Positions 1 through 10,215 of a DNA stretch of 64,000 nt are shown in pieces. The number at the start of each line of letters is the position of its first letter. Position 1 is the first letter of the stretch. The notes under the pieces are model-generated. The model searched no databases and was not told the origin of the DNA. It saw nothing but the letters and a program-made list of their open reading frames with translations. Origin of the DNA: an uncultured bacterium (GTDB lineage Bacteria > Fidelibacterota > Marinisomatia > Marinisomatales > UBA1611); assembly GCA_965660855.1 (NCBI GenBank), contig CBFIBM010000001.1:128001-192000 (forward strand), written 5' to 3'. Both the position numbers and the translations under genes were made by a program.

Positions 1-528
1 AAGTAGACTAATTTCTGTACTAGACATGATTTTATCACTCAAGAAATAAATCGCTCCAACTGAAGGTGCAATTGCAGTTCCTAAAGAGTTAAAAGCCTGG
101 GATAAAATTAACCTGCTAGATGAAGTTTCTTCACTTCCCAGAGCTGCGACATATGGATTAGCTGCAACTTGTAGTATCGTCATTCCACCTGCAAGAATGA
201 AATAACCAAGCATAAATATACCAAACATTCGAAAAGATGCAGCAGGATAAAATATGAAACAGCCCATGGCCATCGTTACAAGGCCAAGAATTATACCTTT
301 TTGATACCCAATTCTAGTTAAGATATAACCTGCTGGAATAGACAGCAAAAAATACGCTCCAAAAAATGCGAATTGAACTAGACCTGACTCAAAATACGAA
401 AGGGTAAATATTTCTCTGAACCTAGAAATAGGAGAATCAACAAGAACCGTTAAAAACCCCCAAGTAAAAAAAAGTGTAGTAACTAAAATAAATGCGTTTC
501 GATATGCTTTATTATTATTTTTATTCAT
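1..528 (-). CDS. FucP-family (fucose / glucose-galactose) MFS sugar permease, 5' part; runs off the window start
   Basis: Not in the ORF track. Read manually from ATG at 528 with AAGGA upstream: MNKNNNKAYRNAFILVTTLFFTWGF...GLVQFAFFGAYFLLSIPAG...GGMTILQVAANPYV...RLILSQAFNSLGTAIAP, typical FucP motifs. Confidence 0.88.
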   Translation of the reverse strand, partial: MNKNNNKAYRNAFILVTTLFFTWGFLTVLVDSPISRFREIFTLSYFESGLVQFAFFGAYFLLSIPAGYILTRIGYQKGIILGLVTMAMGCFIFYPAASFRMFGIFMLGYFILAGGMTILQVAANPYVAALGSEETSSSRLILSQAFNSLGTAIAPSVGAIYFLSDKIMSSTEISLL

Positions 529-838
529 GCCGTCCTTTATATTTTGTAAAATAATTTTTATATGCTTATTTATTTTTAAACTTAAGAACTATCTAGTTAA
601 TATGAAACTTTAGTCTTTCTATTGAATTACAAAATCTAAATCTATGAAAAATTGGCATATTGATTTGGAATTTTAAAACAGATGAACATTTTTTTCATCA
701 CCTAAAAAATTCATTAAAATCTTCTATCCATTTTCCTAATGCAGATATATGTTGATGATCAGTGAGGAAGTAAAATAAATTCCTAATTGAAGAGTATAAT
801 TTTTATTGTAGTAATTTGATCTCCAAATTTTATATTTA

Positions 839-2647
839 TTATTTGTTTATGTTATTAATATAAATCGCAAGCTTAATATAATTTTTATTACTGGGATACC
901 AGAATATTGCTTGTTCAATACTCTTTGATGCTTCATTTATTTTTCCCATTTTTGCATAGACATAAGCAATCCAGTAATGGTATGAGCTACGATGAGGAGT
1001 TCTCTTAATACTCTCTTTTAAATGTTTTACTGCAAGTTCATACTGTTCCAACTGGATAGAAAGTAAAGCAATCTTTGATGGTGGATATGGTGAATTTAAT
1101 AGCCCCTCAATAGATCTGTCACCAGTGTTGTAAATTTGTTCTTTTGGAGCACCTTTTTTTATAAGTTGTTCTAAAATTTTATAATTTTTTTCTCCAGGAA
1201 TACGAAAAATAGGAGATAAACAAAACCCAATTAAAATTATACCGAAAATTCCAATTGGAAGAATCTCTCTTGTCAATAGAATTCCATCATCTTTTTGAAA
1301 TTTTAATCCAAGGGAAGGAAGAATGAGAAACGTCGCTACGGTCGCCGGAACTTGAATATTAAAGTTAAACAGCGAATGTAATGACCAAGCTAAGCTTCCA
1401 GCTATGGATGCTATAAATATCAAATTTGATTGAATTATTAGTTTTCCTTTTTTTACAAGATAAAATATAAAAATAGGATGGAATAGCATTATTAATGCAG
1501 CGATACCACCAAAAAAACCACATTGACTTAAAAGATTAAGGAATAAATTATGTGCAAACCTTGTTACCTCGCCTGTTGAATCTATATTTTGGATATGATA
1601 ATTATAGAATTCGCCCATTCCTACACCTAATATTGGAAATTCCTTAAACATTTGAATCGCACTATTCCAAACATTAAATCGATATTGAAGACTTAATAAC
1701 TTTTGTTCTGAAAATATATTTTCCTTGAAAATAAAAACTAAAAAAACTGACAATAATATAAATGAAAACAAATATCTTGATTTAGTAAAAAAAAATATTT
1801 CTTTCCAATAATCATTTTTTTGTATCCAAAACCAAAATAAACCAAAAATTGTTAATAATAAAATTAATGCGGATGCAAGGCTCCCACTAAGCCATAGTGT
1901 TTTAAAGGTAAATACAAATGTTAAAGTAGTAATTAGAATCTTGCTTGGTTTATTTGGTTTAATATAGTTACCTGATTTCCATGCTAAAAGAACACATAAA
2001 GGAAATACTAAAATTAAATGTGCTCCCAAATGATTAGAATAAGGAAAAGAGCCTCCATATCTTTCTGTAGCTTTTAATATTCTGAGTTCTTTTGAATTAA
2101 TTTGTTCACGTTGATCCAGTTTTTTTTCAAGTTGTTTTTGCACCATTGGAAATAAAAAATACTTTTGATTCCATGCATAGGCTGAGGATAATAAAAAACC
2201 TGAACAGATGGAAATTAAAATAAAATGGCGAGTTTTAGGATAAGCTTGCATAAATATAATAGTAGATGAAACCAAAACTATAACTGAAAAAATTTGTACT
2301 GAAAATAAATATGCCACATCTTTTTCTGTTGTATTTATCATGCCTATTAAAGAAGCAATTAAAACCATCAATCCAGGAATAATGTTGAGAAAAGTAAAAA
2401 TAAGAGATTTTTTTGATAGCCCCCGCCGGTTTAAAATTACTATCGTAAGACTGATAGCACCTAAGAAAGGAAATGTGAAAACTGGCCAACCTCCAATAAT
2501 CCAAGATATAAAATCCACGTTCCAAGTAGATTGATCACTGGGGTTGATATTCCCTCCGTATTTAAGCGGAAGTAAGAACCAAATTATAATTATAATGAAT
2601 AATATAACCTTTTGAAAAATTGTATTAAGTTGTATTCTATTTAACAA
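839..2647 (-). CDS. O-antigen ligase / O-oligosaccharyltransferase family membrane protein with C-terminal TPR
   Basis: Multi-TM protein with Wzy_C-like RFNVW..AI.MF...PILGVG.G and AHNLFL motifs; TPR-like C-terminus. Confidence 0.8.
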   Translation of the reverse strand: MLNRIQLNTIFQKVILFIIIIIWFLLPLKYGGNINPSDQSTWNVDFISWIIGGWPVFTFPFLGAISLTIVILNRRGLSKKSLIFTFLNIIPGLMVLIASLIGMINTTEKDVAYLFSVQIFSVIVLVSSTIIFMQAYPKTRHFILISICSGFLLSSAYAWNQKYFLFPMVQKQLEKKLDQREQINSKELRILKATERYGGSFPYSNHLGAHLILVFPLCVLLAWKSGNYIKPNKPSKILITTLTFVFTFKTLWLSGSLASALILLLTIFGLFWFWIQKNDYWKEIFFFTKSRYLFSFILLSVFLVFIFKENIFSEQKLLSLQYRFNVWNSAIQMFKEFPILGVGMGEFYNYHIQNIDSTGEVTRFAHNLFLNLLSQCGFFGGIAALIMLFHPIFIFYLVKKGKLIIQSNLIFIASIAGSLAWSLHSLFNFNIQVPATVATFLILPSLGLKFQKDDGILLTREILPIGIFGIILIGFCLSPIFRIPGEKNYKILEQLIKKGAPKEQIYNTGDRSIEGLLNSPYPPSKIALLSIQLEQYELAVKHLKESIKRTPHRSSYHYWIAYVYAKMGKINEASKSIEQAIFWYPSNKNYIKLAIYINNINK

Positions 2648-2874
2648 AGTGCTTTAATTTTTTTCTATTTGGTAAATGAAATTCATTTTTAGTACTCGTT
2701 TTTGAAAGTAGATATTCAAGCTAATAGATACTTTAAAAGCTTTAGATCAAATATACAAAATTATACGACTGCCCCATGGATAAAAAATTATGTAACAAAA
2801 CCATAAAATTGTATTTTATACTTTTATTTTTTGAAAATTATAAATTATGCATGTATTTTGCATTAAATTATATA

Positions 2875-3057
2875 ATGATTAAGAAACTTATTACTCTTCT
2901 GGTTGTCGCATTTTGCATGGTGGCCATTATTTTTGCTCAGGATCCGCCTGCGCTACCGACACCTCCTAATCAAGGTCCTATAGATGGCATGATATGGTTG
3001 GTATTTGGTGGGTTTCTTTTAGCTCTGGAAAAGTATTCTGGAACCAATAAAAAATAA
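2875..3057 (+). CDS. Small (60 aa) PID-CTERM-like exosortase substrate
   Basis: Likely start at ATG 2875. Signal peptide, then QDPPALPTPPNQG, PIDG, a hydrophobic helix and a basic tail. Lies directly upstream of an exosortase. Confidence 0.7.
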   Translation: MIKKLITLLVVAFCMVAIIFAQDPPALPTPPNQGPIDGMIWLVFGGFLLALEKYSGTNKK

Positions 3058-3085
3058 TATTAATCAAAATCCTTTTATTGGATTT

Positions 3086-3562
3086 TTGATAAAAGCAGTA
3101 CTTTTCTACGTTTTCTGGCAGATATTGTATGATTTGTTTATATACAACGATGGCCGATTAGATCAATTTCTTGCTGTTTCTGTTGCATTTATTGCAAAAT
3201 TTTTTCTTAGCTTTTTTGGTTGGGATATTAGTGTTTTAGGAAGGTTAATTGTTATAGATGGATATCGTGGAGTTGAAGTATTAAATGAGTGTAATGCCTT
3301 AACCCTCATGGCACTTTATTCTGGGTTCATTATTTCTTTTCAAGGTCCCAATAAGGATAGAGCATTATTTATTCTTGGCGGGATAGGAATTATTTATATC
3401 TTAAATATCTTTCGTATTATTGCATTTTCCCTTGCAACGGTTTATTTTCAGAAATATTGGAACCATTTTCATGAATTTAGTGCGTTTATATTTTTCTATC
3501 CTTTCATTTTAACTTTATGGTATCAATGGACATTATTAAGCGAAAAAAATATCAAATCGTAA
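3086..3562 (+). CDS. Exosortase-family protein (XrtF/XrtX-like)
   Basis: Multi-TM with Cys (ECNAL), Arg (LNIFRI) and His (FHEF) catalytic triad. Start uncertain: TTG 3086, but the frame is open further upstream. Confidence 0.82.
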   Translation: MIKAVLFYVFWQILYDLFIYNDGRLDQFLAVSVAFIAKFFLSFFGWDISVLGRLIVIDGYRGVEVLNECNALTLMALYSGFIISFQGPNKDRALFILGGIGIIYILNIFRIIAFSLATVYFQKYWNHFHEFSAFIFFYPFILTLWYQWTLLSEKNIKS

Positions 3563-4026
3563 ATAGAACTATCTGCAGCATAGTATTTTTTTTAACTTGC
3601 TATTTTGTATTTATTAGACCTCTGAGGGTTTATGTAAATAAAAATTACATTGCACCGTTTTATCTGTCATTTGACCAAGATCAAAATACTTCTGTTAGCT
3701 CAACAGATAGGCGAATAAATATTCTGTTAGAAGGATATAGCTCGCCAAGAGGATTTGGTATACCATTTGGAGGATATTTTTGGTTACCTTTATCTTTATT
3801 TATTGCAACGCGACAAAAAATGGCTAGCAAAATTTTAATACTTTATCATTTACTACTTGGAATAATTCCTCCATATCTTGCATTTCTATTTATAAATAAT
3901 ATAAATTGGGCTGGAATAGGACTTAAAGTAAATGAAACTCTTTTTCAAGGTGTGTTTCTCATATCATTATTTGTAAGCCTGAAAACTATTTTTGAGATTT
4001 TTAAAAAGGATAACAAATACAGTTAA
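3517..4026 (+). CDS. Putative exosortase-associated membrane protein
   Basis: Several TM helices; overlaps the exosortase 3' end. Confidence 0.55.
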   Translation: MVSMDIIKRKKYQIVNRTICSIVFFLTCYFVFIRPLRVYVNKNYIAPFYLSFDQDQNTSVSSTDRRINILLEGYSSPRGFGIPFGGYFWLPLSLFIATRQKMASKILILYHLLLGIIPPYLAFLFINNINWAGIGLKVNETLFQGVFLISLFVSLKTIFEIFKKDNKYS

Positions 4027-4027
4027 A

Positions 4028-4426
4028 ATGATAATTATGAATAAATTTATTTTCTTCATTTTCTTATTAAATCTTTTGTTTCCGCAAACTGGAGATGATT
4101 ATCTAAAACAATACCCATTCAATAAGTCATATGAAAAAATGAATTCAGATGAAATTGGATATAAAAATTTTTATGAAGGTTACATCAATGGATTTCTAAG
4201 GGGTAATGAAATGACAAGAAATATATCCTATTCATTTCTTTCAAAATTTTTTGAATCTAAAGATTATAATTTAAAAGTAGATGTAAGTAGTAGAATATTA
4301 GGGTTGGAAATGAATGATCGTACGAAAATAATTAAAGAATGGTGTATAGCAAACCCAAATAAAATTCATCTCCCATTTGACCAGATTTTATTTCTATCCT
4401 TTGCCGTTTTACCATTCAGAGAATGA
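4028..4426 (+). CDS. Secreted hypothetical protein
   Basis: Signal peptide MNKFIFFIFLLNLLFP. Start likely ATG 4028 or 4037 rather than 3992. Confidence 0.6.
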   Translation: MIIMNKFIFFIFLLNLLFPQTGDDYLKQYPFNKSYEKMNSDEIGYKNFYEGYINGFLRGNEMTRNISYSFLSKFFESKDYNLKVDVSSRILGLEMNDRTKIIKEWCIANPNKIHLPFDQILFLSFAVLPFRE

Positions 4427-4433
4427 GTCTTTT

Positions 4434-4877
4434 TTAATCATCTTTTAGGATATACTTCATAATAGTTTTAAATCCATAAAATTCATCTGTCTCTTTATCA
4501 ATTGTTATGATTGATAAAGTATTATTTAATATCTTATAAGAAGCATTAATAGTATCCTCTTTAGAAATTATGCTCAAGCTATCATCTTTGACTAACCAAT
4601 TACCTTTCCCAGTATTTTTATTCCCATCAAAATCTGAAAAGTATATTATTTCACCAGATTTTTTAAATGTTAGTGTTTCTTGATTTGTATCATTCCTAAA
4701 TATGGTTTCACTTTCTTCTCTTTCTCCATAAGTGATTGTTTCCATTGATTGGAAGATCCATTCATTTAATAATTTAAGATTTGATGAATTGTATTTAGGT
4801 TTAATTTTAAAAAGATTTTGAGCGTTAAGAGAGAATGAAAATACAATTAAAAAAAAATATGATTTCATGAGGTACAA
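4434..4877 (-). CDS. Secreted lipocalin-like protein
   Basis: Signal peptide plus beta-strand pattern (EWIF, TLTFKKSG, GKGNW). Confidence 0.5.
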   Translation of the reverse strand: MYLMKSYFFLIVFSFSLNAQNLFKIKPKYNSSNLKLLNEWIFQSMETITYGEREESETIFRNDTNQETLTFKKSGEIIYFSDFDGNKNTGKGNWLVKDDSLSIISKEDTINASYKILNNTLSIITIDKETDEFYGFKTIMKYILKDD

Positions 4878-5081
4878 CCTAGTTACGTTTAAATAAATAT
4901 TATTTTCTTAAAATATTATTTGTCAGCTTAAGATGTATTTAATATACGAAAAATAATATAATATGATAATATATATTAAATAAGTCCAATTTAATTGGTT
5001 ATTTTTATATTGAAAAATATTGGTTCTAATTTTAAAATAAGATGAAGTATTAATTTAAATTTTATAAATAGGGTTTAAGAT

Positions 5082-5558
5082 ATGAGTACTATGATTTTGC
5101 GCGAAACACATCAGGCTTTGATTGAAGAGATGGAACGCCTTGATAAAAAGAAAAAAGAAACATCAATTAAAATAAGAGAGGCAGCAAGTCATGGTGATCT
5201 GAAAGAGAACGCAGAATACCATGCTGCAAGGGAAGAGCAAAGTATGATAATTTATAAAAAGCAGTTAATGCAATCTCATTCACCTTTTCAAATTATTGAG
5301 CATAATGAAATCGGAACTGATGCAGTTAGTTTTGGTAATAAAGTAGGAATTCTGGAGGAAGGAAAAGATAAAGAAGAAGATTATTATTTACTTGGACCAA
5401 TTGAATTTGAATTAGATCTTTATCCATTAGTAGTAACCAATCATTCCCCCTTTGGGCAAGAAATGCTTGGAAAAAAAATAGGAGAAAGTTTTATTCTTGA
5501 TATTCGAGGAGTAGACACAAAATTTACAATCATGTCAATTGAAAAAATTTTAGATTAA
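5082..5558 (+). CDS. greA: Transcription elongation factor, GreA/GreB family
   Basis: HGDLKENAEYHAARE acidic tip; SPFG..MLG C-terminal motif. Confidence 0.85.
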   Translation: MSTMILRETHQALIEEMERLDKKKKETSIKIREAASHGDLKENAEYHAAREEQSMIIYKKQLMQSHSPFQIIEHNEIGTDAVSFGNKVGILEEGKDKEEDYYLLGPIEFELDLYPLVVTNHSPFGQEMLGKKIGESFILDIRGVDTKFTIMSIEKILD

Positions 5559-5610
5559 AATTAAATACAGTTTTTAAAGATAGTAATGAATAATTATATA
5601 ACTTACCATA

Positions 5611-6564
5611 ATGTTTAAGAAATTAATTTTTCAAATATTTTTTTTGTTTTCATTTACTTTTGCGCAAGATCCAGTTTCAATAGGATTTTGGAATGTAGAA
5701 AATTTATTTGATCTGAAAAATGATCCAGCTACTAATGATGATGAATTTGCAATTGGCGGTAAAAAGAAAGTAACCAAGAAAATTTACGATTTAAAAATAA
5801 AAAATTTAGCAGAAGTGCTTTATGATTTAAATGTGGATATTCTTGGTTTATGCGAAGTTGAGAATGTTGATGTCTTAAAGGACCTGAATAATGCATATTT
5901 TGATCGAATGTATAAAATCATACATTTTGATTCACCGGATAGTAGGGGCATTGATAATGCACTACTTTATGATCATACTAAATTCAAAGTTATAAATTCA
6001 GAAGCTATTCCTAATACATTGGAAAATGGTTACAAAACTAGAGATATACTTTATGTTACTGGTTTGATTTTTGATAAAATGATTCATATATTTATTAATC
6101 ATTGGCCATCTAATTATGGAGGAAGAGAAAAAGCTATTCCAAAAAGAAAAACCACAGTAGATCTTATATCAAAAAAAATTGAAGAAATTCAACGTAAAGA
6201 TGCTAGTGCTGAAATAATACTGTTGGGTGACTTTAATGAAAACCCGGATGAGGAAAATATTCAATCCATGAAAAAGTATGGATTAGTAAGTTTAATGGAA
6301 CCATTTATTAATGAACCAAAAGTTGGTACAAATGTATATCGAGGTAAAGATTATCTTTACGATCAAATAATCGTTAATCAAGAGCTTCTTAATAAAAATA
6401 ATCTTTATGTTCCAATTGAAACACTCTATATCTTAGACCTACCTAAGTATCGTCAGCAAGAAGGGAATTATAAACATTACCCATTCCGATTTTGGGCAGG
6501 GAATAGACTTCTGGGAGGTTATTCTGATCATTTGGCAATAAAAATTAATATTAAAGTAAACTAA
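5611..6564 (+). CDS. Secreted endonuclease/exonuclease/phosphatase family protein
   Basis: WNVENLFD, LCEVEN, NHWPS, GDFNE and GYSDH motifs; signal peptide. Confidence 0.88.
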   Translation: MFKKLIFQIFFLFSFTFAQDPVSIGFWNVENLFDLKNDPATNDDEFAIGGKKKVTKKIYDLKIKNLAEVLYDLNVDILGLCEVENVDVLKDLNNAYFDRMYKIIHFDSPDSRGIDNALLYDHTKFKVINSEAIPNTLENGYKTRDILYVTGLIFDKMIHIFINHWPSNYGGREKAIPKRKTTVDLISKKIEEIQRKDASAEIILLGDFNENPDEENIQSMKKYGLVSLMEPFINEPKVGTNVYRGKDYLYDQIIVNQELLNKNNLYVPIETLYILDLPKYRQQEGNYKHYPFRFWAGNRLLGGYSDHLAIKINIKVN

Positions 6565-6571
6565 TAATTCA

Positions 6572-6853
6572 ATGGAGGCTAATATGAATATAGATATTAC
6601 AGGAAGAGGTTTTACTCCATCAGAGAACCTTAAAACGTTTATTAATGAAAAATCATCATCTTTATTAAAATATGATCCAAATATTTTAAATGCTAAAGTT
6701 GTATTGATCAAAGAAGGAAGAGCTGAAAAAGTTGAATTGATAATTTCAGGAAAAAAAAATAATTATATAGCTAAATGTTATAGTTCTGTTTTTGAAAAAA
6801 CAGTTGTTCATGCTATCAGTAAAATAAAATCACAAATAGAAAAAGTTCATTAA
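6572..6853 (+). CDS. hpf: Ribosome hibernation factor HPF/RaiA (short form)
   Basis: MNIDITGR...SENLK.FI.EK N-terminal pattern and matching size. Confidence 0.7.
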   Translation: MEANMNIDITGRGFTPSENLKTFINEKSSSLLKYDPNILNAKVVLIKEGRAEKVELIISGKKNNYIAKCYSSVFEKTVVHAISKIKSQIEKVH

Positions 6854-6945
6854 TCTAGTAAGTCAATTGTATTAGAAATCTAATCATAATTAATCGTTAA
6901 ATAGTAAGCGGGTAGTATATAAACAATTTACAAAAAATATTTATA

Positions 6946-7302
6946 ATGCTGATTGTGGGGTCCTTTGTAATATTAATTATTAGTGCCTCTGCTTTGGGTT
7001 TTAACCCGTTTGGGACATGGATTGACTCTTCAAATGTAGATATTTCTACGGATAAATATGAAAAAGACACACAAATTAAAGTAAAGGATTGGGGTTTCCA
7101 ATTAGATGATTATCGTGGATGGGTTGATAGACAAAAAAGGAAAAATGGTGTCTACAAAACTGATTTTGAAGCTGCTAGATTGTTTAGAAATTATGAAAAA
7201 GTAGGAAACATGCTTCATACCAATATCAATTACCTCGGTATAATTGCTCTTGCAAATATATTTATTTCTTTCACAGGATATTTTCTTTTTAGATCAAATT
7301 AA
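6946..7302 (+). CDS. Hypothetical membrane protein
   Basis: 118-aa ORF with N- and C-terminal hydrophobic helices. Confidence 0.55.
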   Translation: MLIVGSFVILIISASALGFNPFGTWIDSSNVDISTDKYEKDTQIKVKDWGFQLDDYRGWVDRQKRKNGVYKTDFEAARLFRNYEKVGNMLHTNINYLGIIALANIFISFTGYFLFRSN

Positions 7303-7317
7303 ATATATAAAATTATA

Positions 7318-7482
7318 ATGGATAAAAAAGAGATTATGGAAAGAAAAGAGAAAAAAAAATATCCTATATTAATTGATGAAGATGGGCAATCAAAAAAGTT
7401 AGAAGAAAAAAAATATTATAAAAAACAAAACAAGTTATTTGATAAAGATGTAAATGACCCAATAGAGAGGGGATGGGATTAG
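7318..7482 (+). CDS. Small charged hypothetical protein (54 aa)
   Basis: Read manually: MDKKEIMERKEKKKYPILIDEDGQSKK...NDPIERGWD. Lies between the upstream gene and a terminator. Confidence 0.45.
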   Translation: MDKKEIMERKEKKKYPILIDEDGQSKKLEEKKYYKKQNKLFDKDVNDPIERGWD

Positions 7483-7522
7483 TTAGTTTTGATTTATTAA
7501 TTAAGTTAAATAGCCCATTTTT

Positions 7523-7553
7523 AAGGTCATATAATAGCATGACCTTTTTTTTT
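7523..7553 (+). terminator. Intrinsic terminator
   Basis: AAGGTCAT/ATGACCTT stem followed by a T-run. Confidence 0.75.
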
Positions 7554-7677
7554 GAGAAATAAAATTATTCACAATAAAGTATTTGCATTCAATATTTTAT
7601 TTTATTTACATTTATACCAGTTATTCTTAATATATTAAAGATTTTTACATATATAAATTAATAAAATAAATAAAACA

Positions 7678-8052
7678 ATGAATAAACGAAGTATTGAACT
7701 TATTATAATCTCATTCACATTTCTTTCATTTATTTTTTCAAATGATATGAATAGTATTATAAATAAAACAGGGAATTATATCCCTCCAACTTTCAATAAG
7801 CCAATCAACAAAAGTTTTTCTTCTCCTGATGTAATTGACAAGTTTGGAATAACTGCAAAGAGTGTTGTCGAATTTCAAATTTCAAACAAAGGAAAAATTT
7901 CAGATATCACTATAATTTCATCAGATTTAGGAAATGTGTTTGATGATATGATTTTAAGAGGAGTTAGAAACCTTGATATCACTCCTGCTAAAATTGGGAA
8001 CAAAGCTGTGAGCGTTAGGTATAGATTACCTATAGTATTTAGGCCTCGTTAA
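7678..8052 (+). CDS. TonB C-terminal domain protein
   Basis: VVEFQISNKGKISDI...FD...PAK.GNK.V.VRYRLPIVF pattern. Confidence 0.7.
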   Translation: MNKRSIELIIISFTFLSFIFSNDMNSIINKTGNYIPPTFNKPINKSFSSPDVIDKFGITAKSVVEFQISNKGKISDITIISSDLGNVFDDMILRGVRNLDITPAKIGNKAVSVRYRLPIVFRPR

Positions 8053-8109
8053 GATTTTCATATAAATCTTCAATTCAAATAATTGCTCCATTTGGTATTG
8101 AGGATCAGA

Positions 8110-8139
8110 AAGGAACCCTGTGCTCCTGCAGGGTTCCTT
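8110..8139. other. Perfect 11-bp GC-rich inverted repeat of unknown function
   Basis: AAGGAACCCTG-tgctcctg-CAGGGTTCCTT with no clear U-tract. Confidence 0.6.
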
Positions 8140-8266
8140 GGTTCGTTTGAGAGCCAACTTAATTATAAAAAAAATTTAATAATAAATTTTTCTTCTATTC
8201 GGAACGATTATATGTGACATTCCACGTCTTATTTAGAACAGTATTTAATTATTTTGGTATTAACCT

Positions 8267-10090
8267 ATGAGAAAAGAAAATTTTAGAAATATAGCAATCA
8301 TTGCCCATGTCGATCATGGTAAAACTACGCTGGTTGACGCAATGTTGAAACAGAGTGGGACATTCAAAGCTCACCAGGATATTGAAGATAGAGTTATGGA
8401 TTCTATGGATTTGGAGAAAGAAAGAGGAATTACAATTACTGCTAAAAATACGGCGGTTCATTACAATAATATAAAAATAAATATTATGGATACTCCTGGG
8501 CACGCTGATTTTGGTGGAGAGGTTGAAAGAAGTCTCAATTTAGTTGATGGTGCATTACTTTTGGTGGATTCAAGTGAGGGACCATTACCTCAAACACGAT
8601 TCGTACTCAAAAAAGCACTAGAAAGGAACTTTCCAATCATACTTGTCATTAATAAGATTGACAGATCAGATGCTAGAATATCTGAGGTGTTAGATGAAGT
8701 TTATGACTTATTCATCGATTTGGATGCAAATGATGAACAAATAGACTTTCCTGTTTTATATACTAATGCAAAAGAAGGTATTTCTCATAAAGAGTTGAAT
8801 AGCAATTCTACTAATCTAGAACCATTGTTTGATACAATTTTATCAAGAATTAAAGGTCCTATTGCTGATGATAATGAGGTCCCACAATTTCTTGTGACAA
8901 ATCTTGATTATGACCATTATGTTGGGCAAATAGCTATAGGGAGATTAAATAATGGTATTTTAAAGATGAATGTTTCTTATGCTGTATGTAGCGAAAAAGG
9001 TACCGTTCATAATCAAAAATTTTCTGCATTATATACATTTAAGGGCTTAAAAAAAGTTCAAGTAGATTATCTTGAAGCTGGAGATATTATTGCTTTTGCA
9101 GGAATTGAAAATATTTCTATCGGTGATACAATTTCTAGTAATGAGGATCCGAAACCATTACCAAGAATAGAAGTAGATGAACCTACGGTATCTATGCTGT
9201 TTTATATAAATAACAGCCCATTTGCAGGTAAAGAAGGAAAATATCTTACAACACGGCATATAAGTGAGCGCTTACAAAAAGAAATTCTAAGTAATGTTTC
9301 CCTTCAAGTTCATGATACTGATAGAACAGATGTTTTTGAAGTAAGAGGTCGAGGGGAACTTCAAATGGCTATTCTAATTGAAACAATGAGAAGGGAAGGT
9401 TATGAATTCATGGTCTCAAAACCACAGGTAATTACCTATGAAAAAGATGGCAAAGTAATGGAACCAATGGAAAAAGTATTTTTGGATATCCCAGAGGATA
9501 AGGTTGGTGTAATTACTGAAAAATTATCAGCTCGAAAAGGGAGAATGACAAACCTACAAAATCATGGCAGTGGGAGAGTGAACCTTGAATTTTCAATTCC
9601 ATCTAGAGGGTTAATTGGATTTAGATCTCAGTTTATGACAGATACTCAAGGTGCTGGGATCATGAATAAATTATTTGATGGTCATGAAAAATGGTTTGGT
9701 GCAATACCACAGAGAAATACAGGTGCCTTAGTTTCAGACCGAAATGGTAAAGTTACTACATATGCATGCATAGGAATGGTTGATAGAGGTGAGATGTTTG
9801 TTAATATAGGGACTGAGGTTTATGATGGAATGATTATTGGTGAACGAAACAGAACAGAAGATTTAAATGTTAATATTACACGGGAAAAGAAACTGACTAA
9901 CATGAGAGCATCTGGATCAGATAATACAATTACACTTAGACCTCCAAAACAGCTTTCACTTGATCAATCTTTAGAGTTTATTGCTGAAGATGAATTGGTT
10001 GAAGTTACCCCATTATCAATTAGACTCAGAAAAATGGAGTTGAATCAGTCTAAAAGAGCATCCCTAAGAAAAAAAGAGAAATATAGTTAG
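8267..10090 (+). CDS. typA: Translational GTPase TypA/BipA
   Basis: [33 protein letters not shown]-terminal [14 protein letters not shown]. Confidence 0.97.
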   Translation: MRKENFRNIAIIAHVDHGKTTLVDAMLKQSGTFKAHQDIEDRVMDSMDLEKERGITITAKNTAVHYNNIKINIMDTPGHADFGGEVERSLNLVDGALLLVDSSEGPLPQTRFVLKKALERNFPIILVINKIDRSDARISEVLDEVYDLFIDLDANDEQIDFPVLYTNAKEGISHKELNSNSTNLEPLFDTILSRIKGPIADDNEVPQFLVTNLDYDHYVGQIAIGRLNNGILKMNVSYAVCSEKGTVHNQKFSALYTFKGLKKVQVDYLEAGDIIAFAGIENISIGDTISSNEDPKPLPRIEVDEPTVSMLFYINNSPFAGKEGKYLTTRHISERLQKEILSNVSLQVHDTDRTDVFEVRGRGELQMAILIETMRREGYEFMVSKPQVITYEKDGKVMEPMEKVFLDIPEDKVGVITEKLSARKGRMTNLQNHGSGRVNLEFSIPSRGLIGFRSQFMTDTQGAGIMNKLFDGHEKWFGAIPQRNTGALVSDRNGKVTTYACIGMVDRGEMFVNIGTEVYDGMIIGERNRTEDLNVNITREKKLTNMRASGSDNTITLRPPKQLSLDQSLEFIAEDELVEVTPLSIRLRKMELNQSKRASLRKKEKYS

Positions 10091-10215
10091 AATTGATATT
10101 TAATATTCTTCTTTAATTTTTAAAAAAATAAAAAGCATAACAATCGCAATTATATTGCTTAATATGCAAGTATAAATCCCACCATTTCTTAATTACTACT
10201 TAAAGTCGAAAAAAT

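Noticed and set aside
529..838. Possible decayed gene between the sugar permease and the ligase-like gene
   Set aside because: Only short open stretches with no recognisable motif; cannot be supported without a search.
2776..2874. N-terminal extension of the 93-aa ORF
   Set aside because: AT-rich promoter-like sequence; a normal signal peptide begins at ATG 2875.
8083..8158. tRNA, SRP RNA or 6S RNA
   Set aside because: No cloverleaf despite GGTTCG and a CCA-like end; no GNRA-capped SRP helix 8; too short for 6S.
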